A DNA stretch of 64,000 nt from an uncultured bacterium (GCA_963537415.1 CAUTDF010000002.1:12460-76459), one strand, 5' to 3'. Positions 1 through 11,704 are shown, counted from the first letter of the stretch. Translations and numbers: made by a program. Notes: generated by a model from the sequence alone, not told the origin.

Positions 1-811
1 TAGCTTCTTTAGAGTTTTCATTAGCTGTCTTATTCGCTTTTTTGATAAGTTCTTTATTAGAGAGATTTTTTTTAATCTTATTAAAGGCATTGAGTTTATA
101 TTCTTGATTATTTTGTGTAGTACTGATGAGTGCATTTTTAAATCGGTTTGAATCTTTATTTGAAAATTTATCAATACAAAACTGTTCTCGTTGATCGTAG
201 ATTTCATCAACTGTTGCTTTTTCACTTACTGTAAATTCCTCAGATAAATAATCATCAATAAAAGCTTGGAAAGTTAATGTTCCTACGGCATTTCTTTTTG
301 CTTTGATTGGAGCTAGATCGGCCTCAGTAATTTCTTTCTTATTTTTTCATGTGATTTTTATAGCTAGCTCGCTAATTCCGTCATTAATATTTTGATTATT
401 GAGTTCTGCCCTTGCTTTTTCAAAACGAGTGTAGGATATAAAGTTATTGAATTCTTCTCGCCATTCATTGTTAAGTGGGTAGTTGTCTTTATTTCAAACG
501 GGTTGTTGGAGTTGTTTGATTCATTTAAGGAGTTTAACAAAATCAGGGTATTGATCTCTTTGACTAAAGTTGCTATTGATGTATCCAGAAACTCAAAGTT
601 TTCGGTAGTTGAAAATATTTTCTTCATTAAGGTTTCCGTTATCATCGAAAAATTCTTTTTTCTTTGGGTCTTCAGTGTTTTGTATCTCAATAAATTGATT
701 CAGATTGTTAATTATTTGTGGGTTATTTACACTTTCTTTCTCGTATGCTTGTAGCCCTGGAAATTTTTCTTTTAACTTGGTATAAGCTTCATCAAGTTCT
801 TGTTTTGTCAT
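1..811 (-). CDS. hypothetical protein (3' end runs off the window start)
   Basis: ATG at 809-811 (MTKQELDEAYTKLKEKFPGLQ...). Frame checked open down to about position 160 when in-frame TGAs (593-595, 521-523, 494-496, 347-349) are read as Gly, and assumed open to position 1. No recognisable motif. Confidence 0.5.
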
Positions 812-1065
812 TTCTGACTTTAATTCTTTTCAAGATTCAGCCCCTTGTTGTGCCGTATTTTTTTTGATTTTATTGTCGTCATATCTTTGGGATTCAATGC
901 TCATTGTACGATGCAAGGGGATATAAAAGTTTCACAGTTAATTTTAGTGATTTTTTTTGTTTTGTCAAATTTGGGCGTAAGATGCAATAGTAATCTTTTT
1001 CTTTTGCAATTGAGAGAAAAAACGATATAGTGAGTCAGAATTATTTACTTTTTAGCGATAATAGA

Positions 1066-2355
1066 ATGAAACTTAGAGAGGAATTAGAGGCTCGTGGATT
1101 GCTTTATCAGTATACTGATGAGAAATTTTTTGATTTGTATGAAAAGTGAGGCGAGAAATTCTATTGTGGCTATGATCCAACTGCAGATTCTCTTCATCTT
1201 GGGCATTTTTTGACCTTTATGGCTGCAGTAAATTTTATGAAGAGAGGAAATACTTTTGTGATGCTGATCTGAGGTGCAACTGGGATGATTGGTGATCCAA
1301 CTGGGAAAAGTGAGGCGAGAGCTTTTCTTTGACTCGATCAATTAAGGCATAATCAAGAGGCGATTACCAAACAAGTGGGTCAGATTTTGGAAAATTTAAA
1401 AAAACTGACAGGAAAGGATTTTCAATTTAAAGTCGTGAATAATTATGATTTTTACAAGGATTTGTCGGTCTTTGACTGGTATAGAACAGTTGGGAAATAT
1501 ATCACGCTAAATACTATGCTCAGTAAGGAATCAGTGAAAAAGAGGCTCGAGAATACTGAGTCTGGTATCAGTTATACTGAGTTTAGTTATATGCTTTTGC
1601 AAGGAAATGACTTTGTTCATTTATATGAAAATGAAGGTGTAAAGCTTCAGATTTGAGGATCTGATCAGCGAGGGAATATGGTGACTGGAACTGAAATGCT
1701 ACGTAAAAAGACGGAAGGTGAGTTAGAAAGTTATGTTATGACCTTGCCTTTGATGATGGACTCAACAGGAAAAAAATTTTGAAAATCTGAATGAAATGCA
1801 ATTTGGTTAGATCAGGAGAAAAATAGTCCATATTTTGTATATCAGTATTTTGTGAATACTGCGGATGCTGATGTAGAGAAATTTTTGAGGGCATTTACTT
1901 TGCTAGAGATTTCAGAAATAGAGGCGATTGTTTCACAACATGTTCAGCAACCAGAGCTCAGGTATGGACAGAGACAGTTAGCGAATTATGTGATTCAAAC
2001 CCTTTTTGGGAAGGAGGCTGCTCAGCAGGCTGAAAAGATTTCAGAATTCCTTTTTGGGGAAAGAGATAAAATGGAGTTACTTTCAGCTTTTTCTGTTGAT
2101 GAATTGCAGGCTTTAGCAAGAGAAACTGGAGGTTGTAGTGTTCAGGAAGATGAGATCAGAATTTTAGAACTTTTGGTGTTGGCTTGAGTTTGTGAATCTA
2201 ATGGAGATGCGAAGAAACTTATTGCTCAGGGGGCGATCTCTGTAAATGAGCAGCTTGTTTCTGATATTGGTCAGAAGTTTTCAAGGAGTGATGCGGTTAA
2301 TTGAGTTTTGCTTATTAGGAAAGGAAAGAAAAACTATAAAATTGCTCAGTTTTAA
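1066..2355 (+). CDS. tyrS: tyrosyl-tRNA synthetase
   Basis: [13 protein letters not shown] (HIGH), QI-G-GSDQ with TGA at 1654-1656, KF-G-KSE-G-NAIW (KMSKS region) with TGA at 1780 and 1792, C-terminal S4-like domain. 429 aa, about 8 in-frame TGA, TAA stop. Confidence 0.93.
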
Positions 2356-2372
2356 TTTTTTTCTTTACGCAA

Positions 2373-2648
2373 ATGCATACCTTCCAGCTTTTGCTCCCTA
2401 ATGATGGGAGAAAACTTAAAAATCTTTTTACAGCTCTTTTGAAAAAAGGGGTAATTTCTCAGGCGGTTGTGATGAATTATGCTAAGATTTATCAGCTTTC
2501 TGAGCCAAAAATCCAAAAATCTGAAAAAAAACTGGTTATGTTTCTTGGTGTGGCTGAGGAACAAGAAAAATTTCTTCACCTTGTATCTCAGATCAGTTCA
2601 TGGACTTTTGAGAATGGAGATTTGTTTCTTATGCCTGGACTTTCTTAA
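2373..2648 (+). CDS. hypothetical small protein
   Basis: 91-aa ORF with no TGA, TAA stop, directly followed by hairpin terminator 2647-2684. No motif recognised. Confidence 0.35.
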   Translation: MHTFQLLLPNDGRKLKNLFTALLKKGVISQAVVMNYAKIYQLSEPKIQKSEKKLVMFLGVAEEQEKFLHLVSQISSWTFENGDLFLMPGLS

Positions 2649-2934
2649 AAAAAGCCTCTTTGAGTGAAACTCAAGGAGGTTTTTGGGTCTCTCAGGATGC
2701 CTGGAGGGATAGTGGAGGATCTTCAGCATTTTCTTCCTCTTTTTCTGTCATGTCTTCTTTTAGTAGTTCATCACCTTCGGTGATAAAGAGTTTCGATGCT
2801 GCCATAATCGCATACATAATAAATCCACCGATTAAGGCAATTACTCCAATCGCACTATATGCGATTGTTGCTGGCTCTGTTTTGCAACTGACGAGTAATG
2901 TGCCTAAAAGCATAAGGGTAAAATACTTTTTCAT
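2629..2934 (-). CDS. small lipoprotein/membrane protein
   Basis: MKKYFTLMLLGTLLVSC lipobox plus one TM helix. TGA at 2692-2694 sits just before the terminator hairpin. Under table 25 the ORF reads through the hairpin to TAA at 2629-2631. Confidence 0.5.
2647..2684. terminator. bidirectional intrinsic terminator
   Basis: A-run, CCTCTTTGAG (2655-2664) tgaaa CTCAAGGAGG (2670-2679), T-run. Confidence 0.6.
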
Positions 2935-3019
2935 TGTTTTTATGTTTTTTTATTTTTCTGAGTGCTATGATAATTATTTTGTAATAAAAGTCAATATAAA
3001 TAAAAAAGAGAAATCTGAT

Positions 3020-3349
3020 TTATTCTTCCTTTTTTAGGTGGATTGCTAGTACTCAATATTCCTTTTCTTGAATTGCAGTGTAGAATTGATGATAGATTGC
3101 AATTCATTCTTGGATCTCAGAAATTCATGGAATGATCTTACTTATATCCTCTTGTTGGAGCATCGTTTGGAAGTTTTTGTAGTGAGCGATTCTTTTTACC
3201 AGAAATATCTGCCCAGTATTTTCGAGTTCTATTTTATCTCAGGGGATGAGTTTTGCAAATTTTCATTTATTGAGTCTTCATTCTATGCATTTTTCTCAGC
3301 TGAGGAGCTGAGATCTGTAAGGTTCTTGAACATTGAATGTTGTTTTCAT
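3020..3349 (-). CDS. ASCH (PUA-like) domain protein
   Basis: 109 aa. Hand-checked frame has no TAA/TAG and 8 TGA. LLSGEKCIEGRL...IPGDKIEL...GVLAIHLK pattern typical of ASCH domains. Starts 10 nt after the upstream GNAT gene ends. Confidence 0.6.
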
Positions 3350-3358
3350 TTAGTGCTC

Positions 3359-4237
3359 TTATTTACATTTAAATCCGTTAATTCAGTATCTCTTTATACT
3401 TTCTTCATTTCAAATGATTGAGTTATGCATTTTTATTATTTCTATTCAGGAGAGATTAGTTGCTGATATATTTTCAATATAGTCTTCAAGTGAGCTATAT
3501 TTAATATTATTTTTGATTTCTTTTTTCAGTGTTTTTCACTCCTGAGAAAAGGTGAGAAAATCTCAGATCTTATATTTTTGTGCTTCTTCTCCTGATATTC
3601 ATATTCGTGTTTCTTTATCTCCAAAAAGTTGTGGGAAATCAGATTTTCCCGTATCAATGTTCCAATTTCTAGGTTCTAATTTTTGAGATAGAGGACAATA
3701 TAGGTATACTTCGCTGTCTCAGTCTTTTTTGTATTTGTTATAGACTTCGTAGAGTGGTTGAAAGTTCATTTTTTTGAACATATGTAGTGACTTTGGTGCT
3801 TTCTTTTTAGACACTGAAGTATAGATCCCATCTGCATTTGGGTAGTTTTTTTGGATAGTATTTAGAAAGGTTTCCCAGAGCTTCCAAATATGTCCTTTTC
3901 AAAATTCATCAAAGAGGAACATACTTTTAAGCTCTATATATCAGTTTTTAGTCTCTATGCACGGTTCCTCGGATAGGAGTTGATTTTTGAAAACGAGGAT
4001 TCAAATTGGTTTTTCATTATGCTCTAGAAAAACATAGTCTCTGTCAGCTTTTTTTATAACTTTTAGAATATTGTCTTTGAGTTTACTATAAATCGGACTG
4101 AGTTGGCGATAATATGATCTTAGTACTGAAAAAATCTGTTGCTGAGAATACTCTGATCAAGTAGAGATTTTGTAGTCTGTGTCTTTATTTATCTTTGATG
4201 CTATCTGATTTTCCCGTAGTTCAAGAGTATTGTCCAT
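3359..4237 (-). CDS. GNAT-like acetyltransferase domain protein with C-terminal extension
   Basis: 292 aa, hand-checked open frame with 11 TGA. GYIELKSMFLFDEFGKGHIWKLWETF resembles the GNAT acetyl-CoA-binding Q/RxxGxG/A segment. C-terminal about 110 aa unknown. Confidence 0.5.
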
Positions 4238-4272
4238 TTTCGTTGTTTGAAAATGTAAACTAAAATCTTTTT

Positions 4273-5067
4273 CTAAGTTTGATCAAGAGGTATCTCCTGA
4301 TTATCGTTACATATAGGTCTGATGTCCCCATTCTCAATTACCTCACATCTACCATAGATTTTGTTATTGAAAATATAACTCCCATCTCGTAGACCGTAGA
4401 TTTTTCTCGTATAGGATTCTTGAAGTAGTATGTTCATTATTTCAGGATTCTCTCTTTTCTTTTCAAAGTGTGGTTCAATGCTGATTTTACTAAGTCCTAA
4501 TCCCTCCAAAAGCAGAGGTAAATCAGTTTTTTTGATTTTCTCAGAAGTATTTAAGACTGAGTAGGAACAATTCATCGCCCCAGCACTGATTCATACAATA
4601 GGGCAATCTAAATTGATAAGGTAATTTGCTAGGTCTATCTCATGAAAAAAGAGATTTTGCTGATAAGTATTGCCCCCGGCGAGTAAGATCAAAGAAGCCT
4701 GATTTAGGATATTTTTTATATTACCTCTTGTACGGTTATCAATGATTTGATATTCCTTAAAAGATAATCATGAGTATTCTAGAGCCTTTTTGTCTAACTC
4801 TAAGAAAAGATCATTTCCCTTATAATCGTTCGGGGTGCTTGAAATGAGAACAAATTTTTTGTTTCAAGTAACTTCTGATTTTAAATTTACTAAAAAATTA
4901 TTTTTCTCAGAAAACTTTGTTGCAGTATAAGTGTTATTGTCTTTCTTTATGCCTCAGATGTTACTTGTGAGGAAGAGTTTTCTATCTTGCGGTGTTTTAT
5001 TTTTATATGTTTTGAAATTACTATTAAGATCTTTTGTACTGACTGTTTGTTTTTTCAAACTTCCCAT
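4273..5067 (-). CDS. peptidase S51 (dipeptidase E-like) family protein
   Basis: LILLAGGNTYQQ and PIV-G-ISAGAMN (GxSAGA nucleophile elbow, G encoded by TGA at 4591-4593). 264 aa, TAG stop. Confidence 0.7.
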
Positions 5068-5108
5068 TTATACATAAATTTGAGACCTTAAAAACTATTT
5101 GAAAAGGA

Positions 5109-6500
5109 TTAAAACTCGCAATTCTTAGGAGTCCTTGGGAAAGGAATTGCGTCACGAATATTCTCCATACCAGTTACATACATTACGAGTCTCTCAAATC
5201 CAAGTCCAAAACCTGAATGTGGAACGCTTCCATATTTTCTGAGATCAAGATACCATTGATAGTCTTCTGTAGACATTTCGAGGTTTTCCATCTTTTTTGT
5301 TAATTTTTCGTAGTTATCTTCTCTTTGAGATCCTCAGATGAGTTCTCCGATTCCAGGTACGAGCATATCCATTGCTCTAACGGTTTTCCCATCTTCGTTG
5401 AGTTTCATATAGAAGGCTTTAATTTCTTGTGGATAATCGGTTACAAATACTGGTCCGTTAAAGACTTTTTCTGAGAGGAATCTCTCGTGTTCAGTCTGAA
5501 GATCAATTCCCCATTCTGGAGCGTATTCAAAATTTTGTCCTGATTTTTTAAGGAGTTCAATTGCTTCAGTATAGGTTACTCTCGCAAATGTTGAATTAAC
5601 TAGTTTTTCAGCTCTTTCTTTTACTCCTGGGAAAATAAATTGGTCAAAAAATTCCATCTCAGCAGGAGCTTCTTCTAGAACATATCTAAGAACATATTTG
5701 ATCATATCTTCTGCGATTTGCATATTTTCTTTGAGGTCAGCAAATGCGATTTCAGGTTCAATCATCCAAAATTCTGAAAGGTGTCTTGTTGTATTTGAAT
5801 TTTCCGCACGGAATGTTGGTCCGAAAGTGTAGATTTTTCCAAAGGCAGAGGCAAAAGTCTCTCCCTCAAGTTGTCCACTTACTGTCAAACCTGCCTTTTT
5901 TCAGAAGAAGTCTTTAGAAAAATCAACCTCTCCAGATTCAGTTTTGGGAGTATCTTTAAGGTCTAGAGTTGTGATTTGGAACATTTCTCCGGCTCCTTCA
6001 GCATCACTTGCGGTAATAATTGGCGTATGTACTCGGATGAAACCTCTTTCATTAAAGAACTTATGAATAGCGAAAGAAAGCAGACTTCTTACTCTGAATA
6101 CTGCTGAAAAAGTGTTTGTTCTTGGTCTGAGATGTGCGATAGTTCTGAGATATTCAAAAGAGTGTCTCTTTTTTTGGAGTGGGAATGTTTCATCTGCTGC
6201 TCCTAAAAGTGTTATTTTTGTAGCTTTGAGTTCAAAAGCTTGTTTTGCTCATTCGGATTTTATGAGATCTCCTTCAATCTGAAGGCTGCTCCCTGTTCCG
6301 TATTTTACGACTTCATTGAAATTTTCAAGTTCTTGTTCAAAAACGATCTGAAGATTTTTTAGATATGAACCATCATTGAGCTCGATAAATCCAAAAGTCT
6401 TTGAATCTCTGAGACTTCTTACTCGTCCGTTTACGATGATCTTGCTTCCGATAAGTGATTCGTAGCTTTTATAGATCGTTTTGATACTTGTCGTTTGCAT
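5109..6500 (-). CDS. asnS: asparaginyl-tRNA synthetase
   Basis: N-terminal OB fold, class II motifs ([36 protein letters not shown]), C-terminal ...[11 protein letters not shown]. 463 aa joined across TGAs at 5334 and 6249. Confidence 0.93.
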
Positions 6501-6577
6501 TTTGAATGAATATATGAAAAAGTAAATTATCTGATTTATAGTGTTTTTTATAGAGAATACAAGTCTTAACAAGAAAA

Positions 6578-6604
6578 AAAATCTGATTTTTATTCAGATT
6601 TTTC
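6578..6604 (-). terminator. terminator built from an inverted AAAATCTGA/TCAGATTTT pair (downstream of dus)
   Basis: aaaaaaaATCTGAtttttatTCAGATttttt. Confidence 0.5.
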
Positions 6605-6725
6605 TTGAGGCATTGTGGGGTGAAGCTGTGGACATCTTATAGTCAGCAAGTTTGATTTTCATCTAGATACCTTCACTGTCATTCCTAATGATAGCTGCAG
6701 TGAAACCTCGCAATGATAGTTGGTT

Positions 6726-7769
6726 TTATCTGTGAGAGGCTAACTCCTCTAATGCAGAGAAAAGTTCTCCTACAGTTTTGATAGGTATAACCTTTTGTTT
6801 TCGTTCACGAGTATCTGGTATTCCCTTTATGTATTGAAAGAGGTATTTTCTAAACTCTACGACTGAACGATATTCTTTTGAGAAATCAATCAGCTTTTTC
6901 AGCTTTTCTAAGTCTTCAAGTGTTGGTTGGTTGAGAGCGTAGTTATCTACCTTTTCTCACCATTCTTCAAATCGTAGATCACAGGCTATCATCATGAGTA
7001 GATGTTCTTGCATGGTCTCTAGTTTTTCGCTGAGTGATGGGAGATGTTGCGTGAAGATTCGTGGATTTCCTATAGCGCCTTGTCCAATCATGATTCCATC
7101 AAACTTTCATTGATCAAGTACTTCTTTGGCCATTTGATAAGAAGTGATGCCTCAGTTGGCGATAACCTTGCAGGGGAGGACTTCTTTGACTTGGTGGATA
7201 AATCAAAAATCAGCATCTCCTGTATAGAGTTGTTTGAGGGTTCTGCCGTGAATACTAATCAGATCGCAGCTTGGTGCGATACGTTTTAGGAAATCGAGTT
7301 GTTCAGGCTTGTCTTCTTCATGAAGTCCTGCTCTGGATTTTACAGAAAAAGATAAGTCAGAATTTTCTTTTACGATTTTTGAAAGATTTTGGATGATTGT
7401 GATAGTCTTTTCACGATGTCTAAGCATATCAGAGCCACCACCACATTTCATGACGGTATTTGATGGACATCAGGTATTGAGCTCTATCCCTGAGAATTGG
7501 TCGGCATATTTTTCAACTAAGATCTTGGCGGTTTGCAGGAGTGTTGCTTCATTTCCTCAGTAGATCTGAGCGATTGGGAGTTGTTTAGGTGTGGTCAAGA
7601 TATGCCTGATGACTTTGCTTGGATTGATGATAAAACCATCAGCATTCATAAACTCAGTTCGTAGCTGTAGGGTATCGTTTTGATTTTTATAATGATCAAA
7701 AATTTTTTTTGTGATCAGGCGGGTTGCACAATTTGTGATCCCATCCATCGGCGCAAAGCACAGTTGCAT
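6726..7769 (-). CDS. dus: tRNA-dihydrouridine synthase
   Basis: MQLCFAPMDGITN..., GIELNTGCPSNTVMKCGGGSDML, HGRT motif. 347 aa, TAA stop. Confidence 0.85.
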
Positions 7770-7804
7770 ATTGAGATTTTTCTAGGTTCTAAAAAAGAGG
7801 AGTT

Positions 7805-10105
7805 TTAACATTCTTCCAAAAATCTGAGTTCAACCTTTCTGAGTCAGAATTTTGGATTGTGAAATTTTACAATTCCGAGATTATTCCGTATTTCAAGTAC
7901 ATATCCAGTTCCAAAGAGCTTATGTCTTACAGTTGCTCATTCGGTGATTGAAGATTGATGTTGGGCTCCTCAACCTTTGGTGAGGTCGTAGAATTTGAGC
8001 AGATCATTTGGGATTTCCTGGAGAAATCTGCTGACAGGATTCATCTTGGTTTGCCCTCGAGTCATTCTGCTATTTGCATGCGAGATGAAGAGTGCGTCTT
8101 TGGCTCTAGTAATTGCGACATACATTAGTCTCCTTTCTTCTTCTAGCATTTTTGGTTCGAGAAGAGAGTTTGCGAGTGGAAAGATATTGTCCTCAGCACC
8201 TACGATAAATACAGCTGGGAACTCTAGTCCTTTACTAGAGTGGATCGTCATGAGTTTGACTGCGTCAGAATTTTCATCTGTATTTTCGATAGTATCTACC
8301 ATTAGGGTTACTTCTTCCAAAAATCGTCTCAGCAACTCTTCTCCAGAACTGATGATTTCTTCGTTTGCATTTGCGGTTCAAAATTCATATTTGCTCGCCA
8401 TGTTGATCAGTTGTCCAATGTTTTCGTACTTTTCTTCTGCAGTTTGTTCGCTGTCTTCTTCCTTGATAAGGTAGCCTTTATAGTCAATTTTTTTGACAAG
8501 ATATTCCGTGAGATCTGCTGGGTTAAGTGTTTTGATCGCTGTTGTTAATTGATTGAAAAGTTCAATAAAATCTTTGATCCCATCGAGTGCTGGAGTTGTT
8601 AGTTTGATTCAGCATTCTTGTTCAATTATTTTTGTCGTTCCCATTTCAGAAAGTGTGAGAAGTATTTCATAGAGGCTTACTCCCATTTCTAAGGCATAGG
8701 ATTCTAATCTTTCAAGTGAAGTTTTTCAGATTTTTCTATTTGGAATATTGAGTACTCTCTTGAGCGATACCGTATCAAATGGGTTATTGATGACTTTGAG
8801 ATAGGCAAGGATATCCTTGATTTCTTTTCTTTCAAAAAATTTAAATGCTCCATAGATTTTGTAGGGGATTCCTTCTTGGACAAAAAGAGATTCAAAATTC
8901 TGAGATTGAGAGTTTGTTCTATAAAGGATTGCTACCTGTCCTCGTGATTTCAGTTTCCCTTTATCTTTCATTTGTTTGATGAGATCAATTGTATTCGCTG
9001 CTTCATCAATATCGGTATTGTACGTGAGAACAGTAATTTTGTCGTTTCATTCTCTATACGCGATGATATTTTTTTCGTATTGGTTTTTATTCTGCTTGAT
9101 AACAGCATTACCTGCTGATACGATATGCGCTTTTGAACGATAATTGGTTTGGAGCTTAAACATTTGGATATCTGGCCAGTATTGTTTTACATTGAGAAAG
9201 TTCTCCATAAGTGCACCTCTTCGTCCATAGATACTCTGAAAATCATCTCCAATGAGCGTGATATTTGCTCATTCTCAGCTCATCATTTTCATCAGTTCAA
9301 ACTGGATCCAGTTGGTATCTTGCGCTTCATCTACGAGAATATAGTCAAAGCTGTTTTGCCATTTTTGAAGGACTTCAGGGTTTTTTTTGAAGAGTTGATA
9401 GGGGAGGAGCAGTAAATCATCAAAATCAAGGCTGTTTGATTTTTCGAGTTCCTTTTCGTATTCTTGGTAGAGTTTTCCCATCTGATCTTCATAGTTTCCG
9501 TTGCTATATTTGAGGAAAAGTTCTGCAGTTCTTCCTTCGTTTTTTTGCTTTGAAATAAAGCTTTTTACTTCTTGAGGTTTGAAGGTATCCGCCATTGCAT
9601 ATCTTTTGAGAATGTCTCTGATGATTTTTGCGCTATCATCGGCGTCTAAGATTCCAAAGTTTTTATTGTACTTCATCTCTAATTTTTCGATATCTTCCTT
9701 AAGAATTTTGAGGAAAATTGAGTGGAAAGTTCCAATCCATTTGAGTTTTCTTGGATCAAGGTGCTGCATTGAGCTCGGAGTAGTTGTATTCATTTCATTG
9801 AGAAAATCTCAAAAATCTGAGTCAGATTTTTGTTCTTCATTTGTAAATGATTGGCTAGAAATTTCGTCTCAAAGCTTGATCAGTCTTTCTTTCATCTCGT
9901 TTGCTGCTTTGTTGGTGAAGGTTACCGCTAAGATTCTCTCTACTTTGATATTTTTTCACCAGATTAGATATGCGATCTTGTAGGTAAGCACTCTCGTTTT
10001 TCAACTTCCAGCACCAGCAATAATCAGAGTTGATGTATTGGTATGGAGTGCAGCAGCGGTTTGTTCATCATTGAGATTTGAGGCGATATAGTCTTTGAGT
10101 TGCAT
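7805..10105 (-). CDS. pcrA: ATP-dependent DNA helicase PcrA/UvrD
   Basis: Walker A AGAGS-G-KT with the Gly encoded by TGA at 10001-10003, ILVDEAQDTN, TIHSSKGLEF, VAITRAKD, C-terminal Tudor-like tail. 766 aa. Confidence 0.92.
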
Positions 10106-10370
10106 ATTTATATTTTATCTCAAAAGTGGTAAAAATCTGATTTCAGATTGTATGAAATCTACTCTGAGTTTCAATTTCAAATGAGAGATTTTTTTATCAT
10201 TATTTTTCTCTTGATTTTATGTATAAAGAAAATGGCTAAAAATCTGATATATTCAGCTTTTTATTTGATGTTCTCTGCTGAAAATTAAAAACTGTGTTAT
10301 TTTCTCTTGATTATCTATCGCCAATCACTATAAAGGTCTTCAGTCAAATTTTTATATTGTTTGAGGAATA

Positions 10371-10778
10371 ATGGCACACAAAAAAGCCGCTGGTTCGGTT
10401 AAAAATCTAAAGGACTCACAACCAAAATATCGTGGAGTCAAGGTCTTTGGAGGACAGCCAGTTTTAGCTGGAAATATTATTATTAGACAAAAAGGTTCTA
10501 AATATGAATGCGGAAAAAATACTTATGAAGCTGCAGATTTTTCAGTACATGCTGCAATTGATGGAGTAGTTGCATTCAGAAAGAAGAACTTTAAGAAGTT
10601 CAACGGAAGAACTTATCTTAAGACTGTTGTTGAGGTAGTTTCTCCAGAAGATCTATTGAAGGTAAAAGAGGATGCACCAAAGGCTGAAAAAACAGCTAAG
10701 GCTCCTGCAAAAAAGGCTCCAGCTAAGAAAGCAGTAGCTCCAAAGAAGGCTCCTGCAAAAAAAGCAAAGGCTGAGTAA
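10371..10778 (+). CDS. rpmA: 50S ribosomal protein L27 with Lys/Ala/Pro-rich C-terminal extension
   Basis: MAHKKAAGS...RGVKVFGGQ...GNIIIRQKG core, then about 45-aa KAPAKKAPAKKAVAPKKAPAKKAKAE tail. No TGA. Confidence 0.9.
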   Translation: MAHKKAAGSVKNLKDSQPKYRGVKVFGGQPVLAGNIIIRQKGSKYECGKNTYEAADFSVHAAIDGVVAFRKKNFKKFNGRTYLKTVVEVVSPEDLLKVKEDAPKAEKTAKAPAKKAPAKKAVAPKKAPAKKAKAE

Positions 10779-10821
10779 TATTAAGTGATAATTTTTTAAT
10801 TTACTAATCACAACTTATCAA

Positions 10822-11052
10822 ATGACAATTGGTCCAAAGAAAAAGGTGAGTAAAGTGCAATCTCGTAAAAGACACTCAACTTGGAAATCTATTAATCTTA
10901 AGAGATTAGAAAATACTTATCAGACTGCAAAGTGTCCAAACTGTGGTGCTAATAGACTAAATCATAGAGTTTGTCCATCTTGTGGATATTATAATGGTAA
11001 GCAAGTTCTTACTATTAAGTCAAAGGCTAAGGATACTGTAGTAGACGCTTAG
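10822..11052 (+). CDS. rpmF: 50S ribosomal protein L32
   Basis: KKKVSKVQSRKRHS N-terminus, CPNCG...CPSCG zinc ribbon. 76 aa. Confidence 0.85.
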   Translation: MTIGPKKKVSKVQSRKRHSTWKSINLKRLENTYQTAKCPNCGANRLNHRVCPSCGYYNGKQVLTIKSKAKDTVVDA

Positions 11053-11086
11053 TCTCCTTATTATTTAGCTCTGGAAGATTATTCCT

Positions 11087-11698
11087 ATGGATATTAGAAA
11101 AAGAATCAATGCGAGGAAAGTGGTATTAGCCTATATTTACGAGCATTGTTTTTTTTCTGCAATGCAAAAAAATCTGATTGTTCAGCCATCTAAAGTTGCT
11201 GAAGCATGAGATCAGATTTCTTCTTCTGATACTCCAGTTGAAAACTCATTTTTTGATGCTGAATTTCTCAAACAAGTAGCATCAAAAAAACAGCAGCAAG
11301 AGCATATTGATGAGTATGTCCAGGCACAAGTTACTGAGTATTTGATCAATCAGAGTCCTGAGGAAGATGCTGGGTATTTGATGAAGTATGGTTTTGATCA
11401 GTGGCAACTTGAGGAGATTGATACAGATTATGTTTTTAAGGTGACTTCTGCTATTTCTCGTTATGAAGAGGAATTGATTGAGAAGGTTAATCAGAATACG
11501 CAAACTTTCCAATATGAGCAGATGGATATTATGGATCAGGTATGCCTTTTGCAGGGGTATTTAGAGGTAAAGGTGATGGATACGCCGCCTGCTGTGGTGA
11601 TCAATGAGATGGTTGAGCTGGCAAAGAGGTATTCTGATGATGGAGCTCCAAAATTAGTAAATGGGCTGTTGAATACTATTTTGATAGATAAGAAATAA
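11087..11698 (+). CDS. nusB: NusB-family antitermination protein
   Basis: C-terminal MDIMDQVCLLQGYLEV...VVINEMVELAKRYSDDGAPKLVNGLLN matches the NusB fold signature. 203 aa, one TGA. Confidence 0.7.
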
Positions 11699-11704
11699 CT
11701 AGAG

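Noticed and set aside
845-1030. Small ORFs in divergent or convergent spacers (845-1030, 3068-3421 plus strand, 28853-29180, 35750-36083).
   Set aside because: These are low-complexity translations that overlap promoters, tRNA genes or better-supported genes on the other strand (3068-3421 is antisense to the ASCH gene).
6501-6604. A T-box or other leader riboswitch upstream of asnS.
   Set aside because: No T-box consensus (AGGGTGGTACCGCG-like) or specifier-loop architecture is visible. The hairpin there is the dus terminator made of the ATCTGA/TCAGAT pair.
7995-8474. Long plus-strand ORFs overlapping pcrA (7995-8474, 9149-9415, 9579-9983). Similar antisense ORFs occur over rbcL (13513-13942), rpsA (14927-15121, 15857-16108), serS (46295-46810), rpoD (60179-60553) and tig (63404-63850).
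   Set aside because: These are shadow ORFs on the opposite strand of clearly homologous genes, with low-complexity, Ser/Leu/Ile/Phe-rich translations and no motifs.
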